DNA of 64,000 nucleotides, from the NCBI RefSeq assembly GCF_018350175.1, contig NC_058368.1, positions 176,454,001 to 176,518,000 on the forward strand. Reading direction: 5' to 3'. Made by a program: the position numbers and the translations under genes. The stretch is from Felis catus (Eukaryota). The notes beneath the pieces were generated by a model. That model searched no databases. It was not told the DNA's origin and saw only the letters and a program-made list of their open reading frames with translations. The first letter of the stretch is position 1; each line of letters starts with the position of its first letter. Shown here piece after piece: positions 38,663 to 49,090 of this stretch.

Positions 38663-39717
38663 TTGGCAGTATGCTTTGAAAAAGTTCTTCCACCGTGCCG
38701 CAGATTACGACGTACTATATGTCAGGGCTGCATCCAAGGGAGTACAGGTGTGGAGGCCCACAGATGAGAAAAACAGTCCCTGCCCTCAAGCAACTCAGGG
38801 AGGGTAAGATAAGGATCTAAGAGACTTTTATACAAATAGAACCTTTGGACAAAGTCCTCCAGGGTTCAAGGGAAAAGGGTGGAGAAACCAGGGCAGGCTT
38901 CCTGGAGATGTCACTTTGGCTGAGTCTTGGAGGATGGAAAAAAGATATGGCTGAGCCCAGCGCGGAACAGCATCCTGGCCGGGAGAGGGGGAGCAGTGTG
39001 AGCAAAGGTGTAGGGGTGGGGACACAGGCCCACTGAATTTGCTTAGAGAACCAGAGAGCCAATGACAGTAGTGGGGCGGGGGGGGGGTGGGGGGGTCCTG
39101 GGCCGGATGGATGGGTGAGGCCAGGGGTGGTGCGCTTTGGATTTGGTGGGAAAGGGGGAGTCTTGGAGGGTACTGAGCAAGGGCAGAGGCTGTCTGACAG
39201 CCTGGCCAAAGACCTATGGATTCTGAAAGAGACCATGAACAGCAGGAGCCAGCTCCCTCTCCTGAGAGCACCCGTTCTGGGTGTGACCCACCCAAGGCCC
39301 TTTCTCACACATGGTCTTCCTTAGTTCTAGATGGATAGTAGTCCCAGTTTACCATCGGGGAAACCAAAGCTGACAAATGTTAAGCTGCTTGCTGGAGCTC
39401 ACAGAGCAGACAGTGAGCTGGGCTGCTCTTGGACTATAATCTGTGAGAGTGCCACCCTCTCTCCTTCTGTTACGCCAGGACAGATCCAAAGTCCATTCTG
39501 AGGGCAGGATTTGGACAGGGCTTGTAGGGTAGTCATTGCTATTATCGCCATCACAGGAAGGAGGGAGTGGAGGCTCAGCAAGGGAAGTGACTTAGTCAAG
39601 GCCACATGTTAAGGGTGGGGAGTCCAGGCCAAGCCTTCAGAGTTCAAACCCTTCCCATTACCCCCCCCACTGCCTCCGGGTTTATTTCTAAGCACATCTA
39701 AAATGGAAAAGAGCCCA

Positions 39718-39889
39718 GGGGCACCTGGGTGGCTCAGTTGGTTAAGCATCCGACTTTGGCTCAGGTCATGATCTCACGGCTGGTGAGTTCAAGCCCCGCA
39801 TCGGGCTCTGGGCTGACAGCTCAGAGCCTGGAGCCCGCTTCAGATTCTGTGTCTCCCTCTCTCTTTCTGCCCCTCCCCTGCTCATGCTC

Positions 39890-39929
<40 letters not shown>

Positions 39930-39964
39930 TCAAAATAAATAAATATTAAAAAATAAAATGAAAT
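39718..39964 (+). mobile_element. Can-SINE
   Basis: TSD aaaatggaaaagagccca / aaaatgggaaagagccca; (CT)n. Confidence 0.93.
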
Positions 39965-41116
39965 AAAATGGGAAAGAGCCCAGGTCTCAATACCCATAAT
40001 TCATACTCGTTTATGCCCTGCCAGGCCCACAGTTCCAGCCCCACTACCATCACCAAAGTCCAGATCATGTTGGGCATCTCTTGGACTCAATCCCCAGTAA
40101 GAAGCAGCATCTCCACTGCCTGGACTGAGGTCTTCAGTGGCTACACCTTTACCACCACACTTCCTGAACTGAGCCACTGTGTTGGTTGGTCTCAAGGAGG
40201 GACCTTTTCCTGAGCTGCGCCTCTGTCCCAACTACACCTACCAGTGACTTGTGGTGATCTTCTCCCCAGGTTCTGATGCCAGACCCCGAAACACACGATG
40301 GATGATGATATAAGAACTGCTTGCTGGGAAGGGGAACACCAAAAGGTTTAGTGAATCATAGTGAGAAGGGGTAGGGTAGGGTCTGGGTTCCTTACAGTTA
40401 CTGTCCTCTCACTTGGGCCTCAAACCACGCACAAAGTAGACCGTTGTAAACCCATTCTACAGATGTGGGCTTAGAAGCCCATAGGGGAAGAGATTAGCCT
40501 AGGGTCACCCAGAAGCAAAATAACAGCACGGGGGTTCAAACTATGCTCTTTCCAGAAAAAGATAAAGAGGAAAACCCACAGAGCTCAGCAGACACCTGAC
40601 TCCGGGGCCAGACTGTGCCACCAGCACTATAATAGCTGTATAAAAAAAAAGTTTTCTTTTCTTTTTTTTAAATGTGGGTAGAGGAATATATAATGAATGC
40701 TGTTGGTTAAAAAAAAAGGGGCAGATAAAGCTGGTATGCTGTGAAAAGTCAGCAGCTGTAATATTTTATGATTCAATGCAAAAAATATGTTGAGTTCCTC
40801 AGCTGCATAAGTGGTATAAACAAATAATTTTTTCTTTCTTTCCTTTTTTTTTTTTAAAGATACAAGGAGGGTATTGCCATTATCTGAGGACCTCTTTGCT
40901 GTCCTCAGACAATGTTCATCTGAAGGTAGAAAATGCCCTGAACAGCACTCAACCCTGAACTTTTCTAGAACGTAGGCAGAAAGTTTGAGCATGTGTAGAC
41001 ACGGAAGCTAAACAAGGCAAATGCAGAAGTTGCCTCTGGTGATAGTCCACAGATCAACGATACACGGTACATGAAATCCCCATCCCATCCCCCCTCTCTG
41101 CAACAGAGGGGAAGAA

Positions 41117-41131
41117 ACCGCAGAATGTTCC
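41117..41131 (-). promoter_or_regulatory. GRE (3/4-site type), about -1.25 kb
   Basis: Minus strand reads GGAACA ttc TGCGGT; C/EBP-like GTGGCGCAAT at 41152-41161. Confidence 0.7.
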
Positions 41132-41452
41132 TGACTCGGCACCCTGGCGGGGTGGCGCAATATTTATGTTTGTGTACCTAGCACAACGGTGCCGCCCTCC
41201 ACTGCCCAGGGGGCCGTCACTGACGCTGTGCGGGTGGCCGCACGGGGTCTTCCCAAACGTTTGTCCTGGACTCTTGAAGCGCCCTAGGACTGGATTTCGG
41301 ATTCAGTCCGTAGAGATGACAAGAGTCAGGACTTGGGGGTTGAAGCCCCTGCGTCCAGCTCATCCTAAGCGCCCTAACAGTATATACTGGTGGAGTAGAG
41401 ACCTGGAGAGGCTCGACCTATCTTAGGCGAACGCGACCAGAAACGTGTCCTG

Positions 41453-41471
41453 TGACCTCTGGGGGGCGCTG
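41453..41471 (+). promoter_or_regulatory. Candidate CTCF site
   Basis: TGACCTCTGGGGGGCGCTG closely matches the CTCF core consensus TGGCCACCAGGGGGCGCTA. Confidence 0.5.
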
Positions 41472-42189
41472 TCGAGCCACGCTGGGGGTCGCCTCCCCAA
41501 ACGCCGAACCCCGAAATCCACGACACCTTGCGATCCCATACTTGAGATTTCAGCCCTCTTACTCGCCTTTCTCGGCTCAAAGTCCACTAGAACTACTTGC
41601 CTGGGGATAACTTGTTCCCTGTGGTGCTTCGATTGGAAGGCATTTGACTTGTTAAATGTATGTTTTTCTAAAGTAGCCGGAGAGCAAATCTGGAAAACAG
41701 GAAAACTTTTCCCTGAACTTACTTCTCCACCCCAACTCACCCCGGTTATCCTTAGTAGGAACGACATTTCCACCGACAGACTTGTTAATTTTTCTCCAAC
41801 CCTCATTTCAGGTTCTTCTCTGTACCCCTACCCCCAGCATTGTGACATTGGTCAAGTAAATCGCTTCTCCCGGGGAGCCTGTCCGTGCCTGGTGGTGACG
41901 AGGCAATGAGCGAAAGGGGCACACGTGTATGCAAAAGCGCAGGAAGCCCCTTTCCGATCGGGGCGGTGGCGGAGGGGAGCGCGGGGACGGGTGCAGGGAA
42001 GGGGGAGGAGAGGCTGCGGGCACGCCGCCGCTTGGATCCTTGAGGTCAGCCCTTGGCTGGCAGTGCTCCCGCCACCTCGCCTCTGGGCCCGGAGAGCGGA
42101 GCAGGCCGGATCCCCAGGGACACGCCAGGCGCAGGCCGGACGGCCGGACTGGGGTCGGAGCCAGCAGGCAGCCAGCGGATCCCGCTCCG

Positions 42190-42375
42190 AGGCCGATGAC
42201 GTCTTCGCCTCTGGCTCCGCCGGCGCCAAGCCGGGTAGGGCGGGTGACGTCACCACAGGTCACGTGAGCACCATTCAAACAAACAAACCCCCTCCCCCTG
42301 CGCGCCCGCTTCTCCCCGCCCCGCCCCGCCCCCAGAGAGGCCACATATAAACGCGTTCCCCCGGGCCGAGCTCGC
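42190..42375 (+). promoter_or_regulatory. DUSP1: DUSP1 proximal promoter: two CREs, E-box, GC boxes, TATA box, TSS near 42372
   Basis: TGACGTCT 42197-42204, TGACGTCA 42245-42252, CACGTG 42261-42266, tandem CCGCCC 42314-42333, TATAAA 42346-42351. TSS is inferred from TATA spacing and from resemblance to the human mRNA 5' end (TCGCTGCGAAGGAC), recalled from memory. Confidence 0.9.
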
Positions 42376-42614
42376 TGCGAAGGACGCTGGGCTGTACGTG
42401 TGGTTGGGGCCGGAGGGGCAGTCAAGGTAGCAGCAAAGAAGCCGAGGCGGCTGAGAGTCCCGCACGACGCCCCCTCACTCAGTCTAAAGGCAGTTTGGGG
42501 TTCGGCGCAGACAGAACCAGGGTCGGGCTCTTCCTCGAAAGCCGTTGCCCTGCCCTTGGCTTCCGAGGACAAAGAGCACCTAAAACAGGCACGCTGGGGG
42601 CGCTGGGGCCGGCC

Positions 42615-42981
42615 ATGGTCATGGAAGTGGGCTCCCTGGACGCCGGAGGCCTGCGGACGCTGCTGCGGGAGCGCGCGGCGCAGTGCCTGCTACTGGACTG
42701 CCGCTCCTTCTTCGCTTTCAACGCCGGCCACATCGCCGGCTCGGTCAACGTGCGCTTCAGCACCATCGTGCGGCGCCGGGCCAAGGGCGCCATGGGCCTG
42801 GAGCACATCGTGCCCAACGCCGAGCTGCGCGGCCGCCTGCTGGCCGGCGCCTACCACGCCGTGGTGCTGCTGGACGAGCGCAGCGCCGCCCTGGACGGCG
42901 CCAAGCGCGACGGCACCCTGGCCCTGGCCGCTGGCGCGCTCTGCCGCGAGGCGCGCGCCGCGCAAGTCTTCTTCCTCAAAG
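42615..42981 (+). CDS. DUSP1: DUSP1 coding exon 1 (MAPK-binding rhodanese domain)
   Basis: Kozak gccATGg at 42615; ends ...FFLKG with donor AAAG|GTACGC. Confidence 0.98.
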
Positions 42982-44773
42982 GTACGCCCTCGGGGAAGCT
43001 CGGGCGGCCGCCTGCCCCTTCCCGTTCCCCGCCGCTTTGCCGCGGGACCCCCCCTGGCCCTCAGCCCCTGCGGGCCGCCTCACCGGGAGCGCGTGGGCGC
43101 CCGAGTCCTGTTCTGGGGACCCGGTGGCTTTGTTTGGCTTTAAGAACAAAGACTTGTCTGGGCCTCTCCGGGGTAAACTTCAGCCCCGGTGGGTGGGGGG
43201 AGTTGTGTGAAGGTGCCCTGTCCCGGATACTAATGGAAACAAATATGTCTCTTTGTCTTCCCAGGAGGCTATGAAGCTTTTTCAGCTTCCTGCCCGGAGC
43301 TGTGCAGCAAACAGTCGACCCCCATGGGGCTCAGCCTTCCCCTGAGTACTAGCGTCCCTGACAGCGCTGAATCAGGGTGCAGTTCTTGCAGCACCCCACT
43401 CTATGATCAGGTTAGTAGGGACCCGTGCCAGAGGGGGAAAGGAATAGCTGGCAAAGAAGAGCAGTACTAGTGAGAATATACAAAGTAACCTTCAAGTTTA
43501 TAACGGAGGGGGCACAGGGATGTTATTTATCCCATGGTTAAGTGGTCTGATGGAACGGAGTCTAATTGCTGGCATTACAGAAATGAACTTGGTGGCTCTG
43601 CCCAGGCAAATGGGTTTATTACCCTATTTATTTATACTCCGGCAACAATACTAAATTCGCTCAGTATCTGAAACTGACCTTTCCAGCAGGGAGTTTTTGT
43701 GGGGATGGGCTCCGGAATTGACTTTGTGCGAAGCTTGACAAGTGGATATTTCTGGATTTCAGGGTGGCCCGGTGGAGATCCTGCCCTTTCTGTACCTGGG
43801 CAGTGCCTATCACGCTTCCCGAAAAGACATGCTGGACGCCTTGGGCATCACTGCCTTGATCAACGTCTCGGCCAATTGTCCCAATCATTTTGAGGGTCAC
43901 TACCAATACAAGAGCATCCCTGTGGAAGACAACCACAAGGCGGACATCAGCTCCTGGTTCAACGAGGCAATTGACTTCATAGGTAAATGGACAGATGCCT
44001 GGGACGTCTGCCTTGCTCCTCCCGTTTTAGTCACTGAGCCCAACTGTATGGCAAGGACTTGAATGACATTTGTCTGAGCCTTTCTCCGTACGTTAATATC
44101 AATCTGGGGCAGGCAGCATCCCTGCAAAATAGGGATTTCGTGCCCCATTTAATAAATTAGCAAACCGAGGTTCAGAACATGGAGTTGACTTACCCATCAG
44201 CTTCATGGAGATGCCTGGTTTTGGTTTAAATCCCTTGCTGTTCCTTGCACAATGCCTGTGTTGCCTCCGCAGAACGCTGTGTGACGGCGTGACGTGATGT
44301 TGCCATTCTCTGGACAGGACACACGTTTCTTAGGCACCCTCTGCCTGGGGTTAGGGTTGTTCTCGTGAGCTCTTGAGTAACTGGCCACCCTTTGTTTTCC
44401 AGACTCCATCAAGAACGCTGGAGGAAGGGTGTTTGTCCACTGCCAGGCGGGCATTTCCCGATCAGCCACCATCTGCCTTGCTTACCTCATGAGGACTAAC
44501 CGAGTCAAGCTGGACGAGGCCTTTGAGTTTGTGAAGCAAAGGAGAAGCATCATTTCCCCCAACTTCAGCTTCATGGGCCAGCTGCTGCAGTTTGAGTCCC
44601 AGGTCCTGGCCCCACACTGCTCAGCAGAGGCTGGGAGCCCTGCCATGGCTGTGCTGGACCGCAGCACCTCCACTACCACCGTCTTCAACTTCCCTGTCTC
44701 CATCCCCGTCCACTCCACGAACAGTGCATTGAGCTACCTTCAGAGCCCCATCACGACCTCTCCCAGCTGCTGA
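42615..44773 (+). CDS. DUSP1: Dual specificity protein phosphatase 1 (MKP-1), 4 coding exons, join(42615..42981,43265..43410,43763..43982,44403..44773), 367 aa
   Basis: Exons of 367+146+220+371 = 1104 nt, all introns GT..AG, frame continuous. The protein starts MVMEVGSLDAGGLRTLL, has a rhodanese/KIM domain (STIVRRRAKG), the catalytic VHCQAGISRS (Cys258 codon at 44441), an FNFP docking motif and the C-terminal SPITTSPSC. Confidence 0.99.
43265..43410 (+). CDS. DUSP1: DUSP1 coding exon 2
   Basis: Acceptor tctttgtcttcccag|GA; encodes GYEAFSASCPELCSKQSTPMGLSLPLSTSVPDSAESGCSSCSTPLYDQ; donor CAG|GTTAGT. Confidence 0.98.
43763..43982 (+). CDS. DUSP1: DUSP1 coding exon 3 (phosphatase domain, N-terminal part)
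   Basis: Acceptor atttcag|GGT; encodes GGPVEILPFLYLGSAYHAS...SWFNEAIDFI; donor ATAG|GTAAAT. Confidence 0.98.
44403..44773 (+). CDS. DUSP1: DUSP1 coding exon 4 (HCX5R active site and C-terminus)
   Basis: Acceptor ttgttttccag|AC; encodes DSIKNAGGRVFVHCQAGISRS...SPSC, TGA at 44771-44773. Confidence 0.98.
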
Positions 44774-45445
44774 AAAGCCACGGGAGGTGATCTCCACAAC
44801 CCCCCGGGGACTCTAGGCGCCCTGAGGAGAAATGCAATAACTCTGGGGAGGGGGCTCGTGAGGGCTGGTCCTTATTTATTTAATTTCACCCCGAGTTCCA
44901 CTGGGTTCCTGAGCAGTCATGGTGATGATTGAGCGTCAAGGCGTTTGCTGAACTCCGCACGTTCGGGACCAATATAGTGGGTACATCAAGTCCCTCTGAC
45001 AAAAAGGGGCAGAGGGGAAAGGACTCAGTTAAGGAGCCGGTTTCTTTTTGCTTGCTCCTGTTTTTTGTAGGAACTCTTCATGCTTGACATACCTACCAGT
45101 ATTACCATTCCTGACGACACACACCTATGAGAATATACCTTATTTATTTTTGTGTAGGTGGTCTACCTTCACAAATGTCCGTGTCTACTCCTAGAAGAAC
45201 CAAATACCTCAATTTTTGTGTTTTGAGTACTGTAATACCCTGTAAATATGTCCTAAGCAGGTTTGTGTTCAGCACTGATGGAAAGCACCAGTGTTGTTGT
45301 TTTTTTTTTTTCAGTTGCCAGCAGTTGTATGTTTGATTATTTATGAACTGAAATAATATATTTCTTTTAAGAAAGACATTTTGTTACATAAGGATGACTT
45401 TTTTTTATACAACAGAATAAATTATGGCATTTCTATTGAAACCTC
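44774..45445 (+). promoter_or_regulatory. DUSP1: DUSP1 3' UTR with AU-rich elements and miRNA/Pumilio sites
   Basis: TTATTTATTTAA 44872-44883, TTATTTATT 45140-45148, TTATTTAT 45337-45344; seed matches are listed in the findings. Confidence 0.9.
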
Positions 45446-45462
45446 AATGCTTTGTTTCTTGG
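45416..45462 (+). terminator. DUSP1: DUSP1 polyadenylation signal
   Basis: AATAAA at 45416-45421, followed by a U/GU-rich downstream element (tttgtttcttgg, about 45451-45462). Confidence 0.85.
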
Positions 45463-46199
45463 GCAGCCCCAACTGATCCCTTTCCCCTCAGTGAAACAAT
45501 CTGGACAAGGGCCTCCCTGACATATGTCTTGGGATCTGGTCTCCTACTCCTTGGTGGCCCTTCCAGTCCAAGGTGGCTGGGTTGCAAGGAAGGTAGGAAA
45601 GCGATCTGTCGTGAAAAACCAGGTCCTGTAGCTGAACTCTTAGTATCAGATCCAGGTGTCTATCCATGTATTCCTACCCTGTTACACAGGGAGCCCAAGT
45701 GTTCCCAGAGCCAAAAAGAAACGACCATTTGCTTGGGTTGCTTTTTTAATTTAATACTTTGCCCAGGATAATATAAAAAGACGCCTTCTCCTTTCTGAGC
45801 CGTGCTAGAATTATGAGGATGATGGTTTTCCTAAACCGCTGACATAAATGTGGTCCTACTATGTGTAAGGTAGGGTGCTACCTGTTCCCAAAACAACTCA
45901 GCAGGACCGTTTTTGCAGACAAAGCTGCTGAGACCCAGCATAGCTAAGTGGCAGTGGGGGAGGGGGGGGAGGGGGGGAATCGGTCCCTACATCTATCTGT
46001 TTTGTTCCCTAATTCTATGTGGTTTGCACTTGATCATTTGCTTCTCTCATGTGCTCCCTTTTTGCCTTTGAAAAGACTTTTATTTTTGTGAAAAGAATAC
46101 GAAGCACTCTAAGTAAAATACAACATGGACAAATTGCCTGAAATTCCCACCCCCAACCTGACCATTATTCATGCTTTGGAGTACATCCATACCAGCATC

Positions 46200-46305
46200 T
46201 ATCTATCTATATGTATATTATACATTATACACACACACACATATATACACACACATATATAATATATATATATATATATATGTATATTATATATACACAC
46301 ACACA
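46200..46305. repeat. Compound (TA)n/(CA)n microsatellite
   Basis: Seen directly in the sequence. Confidence 0.9.
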
Positions 46306-47309
46306 GAATTTTTGGTGGCGGCCTCCTTCAGGTCACTTGCTAGTCTGATTTCATAATTTTGTTGAAGATAGGCAATCAGATCTGACTTGCTCTAGGGTAA
46401 GATCCTGGATTTTTGCTCTTGTCAATCAGGCCAAAACAGAGATGGTGTAATTGCCTACCAACTCCTAATCCAGTCTATGATGTTGAGTTAAATAACAGTC
46501 AAGCTCTTGGGTCACTGGTCCCTTAGCTCCTGTCCCCGCTACTTGTCTCTGGATGAAGTGATGTAGGAAGCAGAAAAGGAAACCTCTCTGTTGACTTTAG
46601 TAGTGCCCTGAACAGTGGTCCTGGTCCAGCCAGGTCATTTAAGGCCTTGACACACAATCAGTGTCCTTGACCTTTACCCACTGGTTTACCATCTGCCGCT
46701 TGACTCTCATGGCCTGAAAGATCCTTGTGTTCTAAGTTCTAAGAACTCACCCTGAGCTGGCAAGCTCATTTCCTTGGCTGGGCTTCCCATTGGAAGTGTG
46801 TTCGTGCCTTTCAAAACAAACCGTACCCAGTGTTTTTTTCAAACCCTAGAAATTTACTATTGCAAATATCTCCTTTCGTGGAAACCTACCAGCAACTTCA
46901 AGTCCATGGCAGATGCCGTGGCTGACTTCCCCCGTGGGCTCAGGCCATCACTTTCTGCTTAACAGGCACTGGCTGAACCAGAATTAATCTCCAGTGTAAT
47001 CCACGCAGTGGAAAAATACAGCTGCTGCCTAGGGGAGCCGCCAGTGAAAACAATTCACTCACTTCGCCTAGTCCAAGCTGCCCCACTCCCGTCAGCTCAG
47101 GAGAGCAGGGTTGATAACCATCTTTCTTCTTGTATCCGATTCCTGGTCTTTGGGCCCTCCAGAGAATGTCACTTTTGGCTTGATACTGCTTTTCTTAGGG
47201 GGGAAAAAGTACCTCGTGATGAGGAGAAAGATACTCAAACTATTAAAATGTTTGTTTCTCAATGGGAGATTGAAATAGAGACAACTCCATCATTTAATAC
47301 TTATGATGT

Positions 47310-47730
47310 GGTAATAATAGCTCTCAATTTTAGAGCTACCACTGTATTAACTGCTTCACACACCTTCACCTTAAACCTTTAGCAGCAACACCCATTTTAC
47401 AGAGGGGGAAACGGAGGCTCAGAGAGACGAAGGGACATGTCCAAATTCACACAGCAAGTAAACAACATCGCAGAGATTGGAACCTGGGTCGGAAAGACTG
47501 GGAACCAAAGTCCGAGTTCAGTCCAAACATCTTGAGGGAGTGGGGAAAGGACGAATTTTGTAGCCAACCAGACATCATTATGGTTTTACCACATAATTTT
47601 GGGGGTGGAAAAGCTATTTATCCTTCTGGGCCTCAGTTTCCATACGTGTAAAATGAAGTCATAAAATCTGCTTCACGAGTGAGGGGGAAATAGGCTCACG
47701 GATGGCAAGTGCCTGGCAGGTAATGGGCCC
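47310..47730. mobile_element. Two MIR fragments in opposite orientations
   Basis: cccattttacagagggggaaacggaggctcagaga and ctgggcctcagtttccatacgtgtaaaatg. Confidence 0.7.
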
Positions 47731-48189
47731 TGGAGGAACATTTAGGTCCCATTCCCCATTCCTAACGACTTCTAGCGGTTCTCTGGTGTCAGTTTTCCCA
47801 CTCCAAAAATGACCAGTTTGCCCTGGATCTAATGGGTAAGATTCCTCCGGGTCTTAGAAGATGTACCAATGCATACTTTATGCTTTTCTGTGGTTTCCAT
47901 TAGGATAGTTCCAACCGCAAACGCTTCCACCGCATCCTCGCCTCTCCTCGGAATTTTGCAAATCGTAGCTAATTTGCCTCGGACTTGCAGCCTCCGGAGG
48001 CCATTTCCCTCCCTCCCTCCCCAGCCCATCCAGGATGACATCATGGTGTGTACACCTTTAAGATTATATAAATCTGTGATCAGACAGTGGCCTCCATCCC
48101 CATGGTAACGCGGAGGAGTTTCCCTTTTGTGAGGAAAGCTGTCATGTCACTTCCTGCTGCTGACAAATCAGTTTAGGAGATTAAAATAC

Positions 48190-48220
48190 GGGGGGGGGGG
48201 GGGGGGGGGGGGGGGCGGGG
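48190..48220. repeat. Poly-G tract (G26-C-G4)
   Basis: Seen directly in the sequence. Confidence 0.9.
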
Positions 48221-48863
48221 AGCTGGAGCAGGCCTCTGAGAACTGCCGGCTGCGGTGGTTTCTGGTTGCCATACACAGAGGCAAACAAAGCCGAGGCCAC
48301 GCGGGGTAGCCCCGCCCAGCGCCAGGCTCCGGCTCCGGTTTCCCACCCCTCACCGGGTGGCGCCAGGTCACCCCGGGATGTTTTCCTCCGCAGGTTGCCT
48401 TCTGGGGAGCAGGTGGGAGGGCTGCCCACCTCTGGGGACTTTTCTGGGGCTCTGTAGGGCCCGCCTGCTGGAGAACAGCCTCTGGGTCCAGAGGAGCCTC
48501 CGGGCCCCTCTTATCAGCTCAGAAGGCGGTTTGGTGCTCGGTTCTGCGGAAAACAAAGGGTTTGCGCCTTGGGGCACCAAGCAGACAAAAGTGCTCTGCT
48601 AAGGAAAATACCCTAAAACCACCTTTTTCTCGACGGTGGCTTTTTATGCTAAGCAGCAGGGCCGTTCATTCATTCATTCATTCGTTCATTCATTCATTCA
48701 TTCGTTTGTTCATTCAACAAGTATTTATTGGCACCCTATGCCTAGGGACACTTTGGCCCAGAACAAAGTTCCCATTCTCAAGTAGCTAACAATGGGGGCA
48801 GGGGGGGGGGGAGGGAGGGGAAGAAGGCAATATATAAAGAAGATCATTAAGAAATAAGATGAA

Positions 48864-49090
48864 GGGGCGCCTGGGTGGTTCAGTGGGTTGAGCGTCAGAC
48901 TTCGGCTCAGGTCATGATCTCATGGTTCCTGATTTCGAGCCCCACGTCAGGCTCTGTATTGACAGCTCAGAGCCTGGAGCCTGCTTCGGATTCTGTGTCT
49001 CTCCCTCCCTCTCTGCCCCTCCCCTGCTCACGCTCTGTCTCTCTCTCTCTCTTTCTCTCTCAAAATAAACATTAATTTTTTTTTTTTAAA
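48864..49090 (+). mobile_element. Can-SINE
   Basis: Head ggggcgcctgggtggttcag; (CT)n; tail. Confidence 0.92.

Larger units (their letters stand above)
41100..43200. other. CpG island over the DUSP1 promoter, exon 1 and intron 1
   Basis: Very high GC content and CpG density compared with the CpG-depleted flanks; boundaries by eye. Confidence 0.85.

Noticed and set aside
42495..42614. 40-aa N-terminal extension of DUSP1 in the ORF track
   Set aside because: Starts at a TTG in the 5' UTR; the conserved protein begins MVMEV at 42615.
41808..43210. Long overlapping ORFs (41808-42572 -, 42400-43143 +, 42683-43210 +, 42479-42817 -)
   Set aside because: Stop-poor shadow frames of a CpG island: low-complexity Ala/Arg/Pro/Gly, mostly non-ATG starts, no recognisable domain.
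43262..43267. NAGNAG (CAGGAG) acceptor at exon 2
   Set aside because: GAG acceptors are rarely used, and use would remove only one Gly.
43594..43613. Possible p53 element in intron 2 (GGCTCTGCCC AGGCAAATGG)
   Set aside because: Both half-sites break the CWWG core, so the sequence alone does not support it, although I recall an intron 2 element being reported in human.
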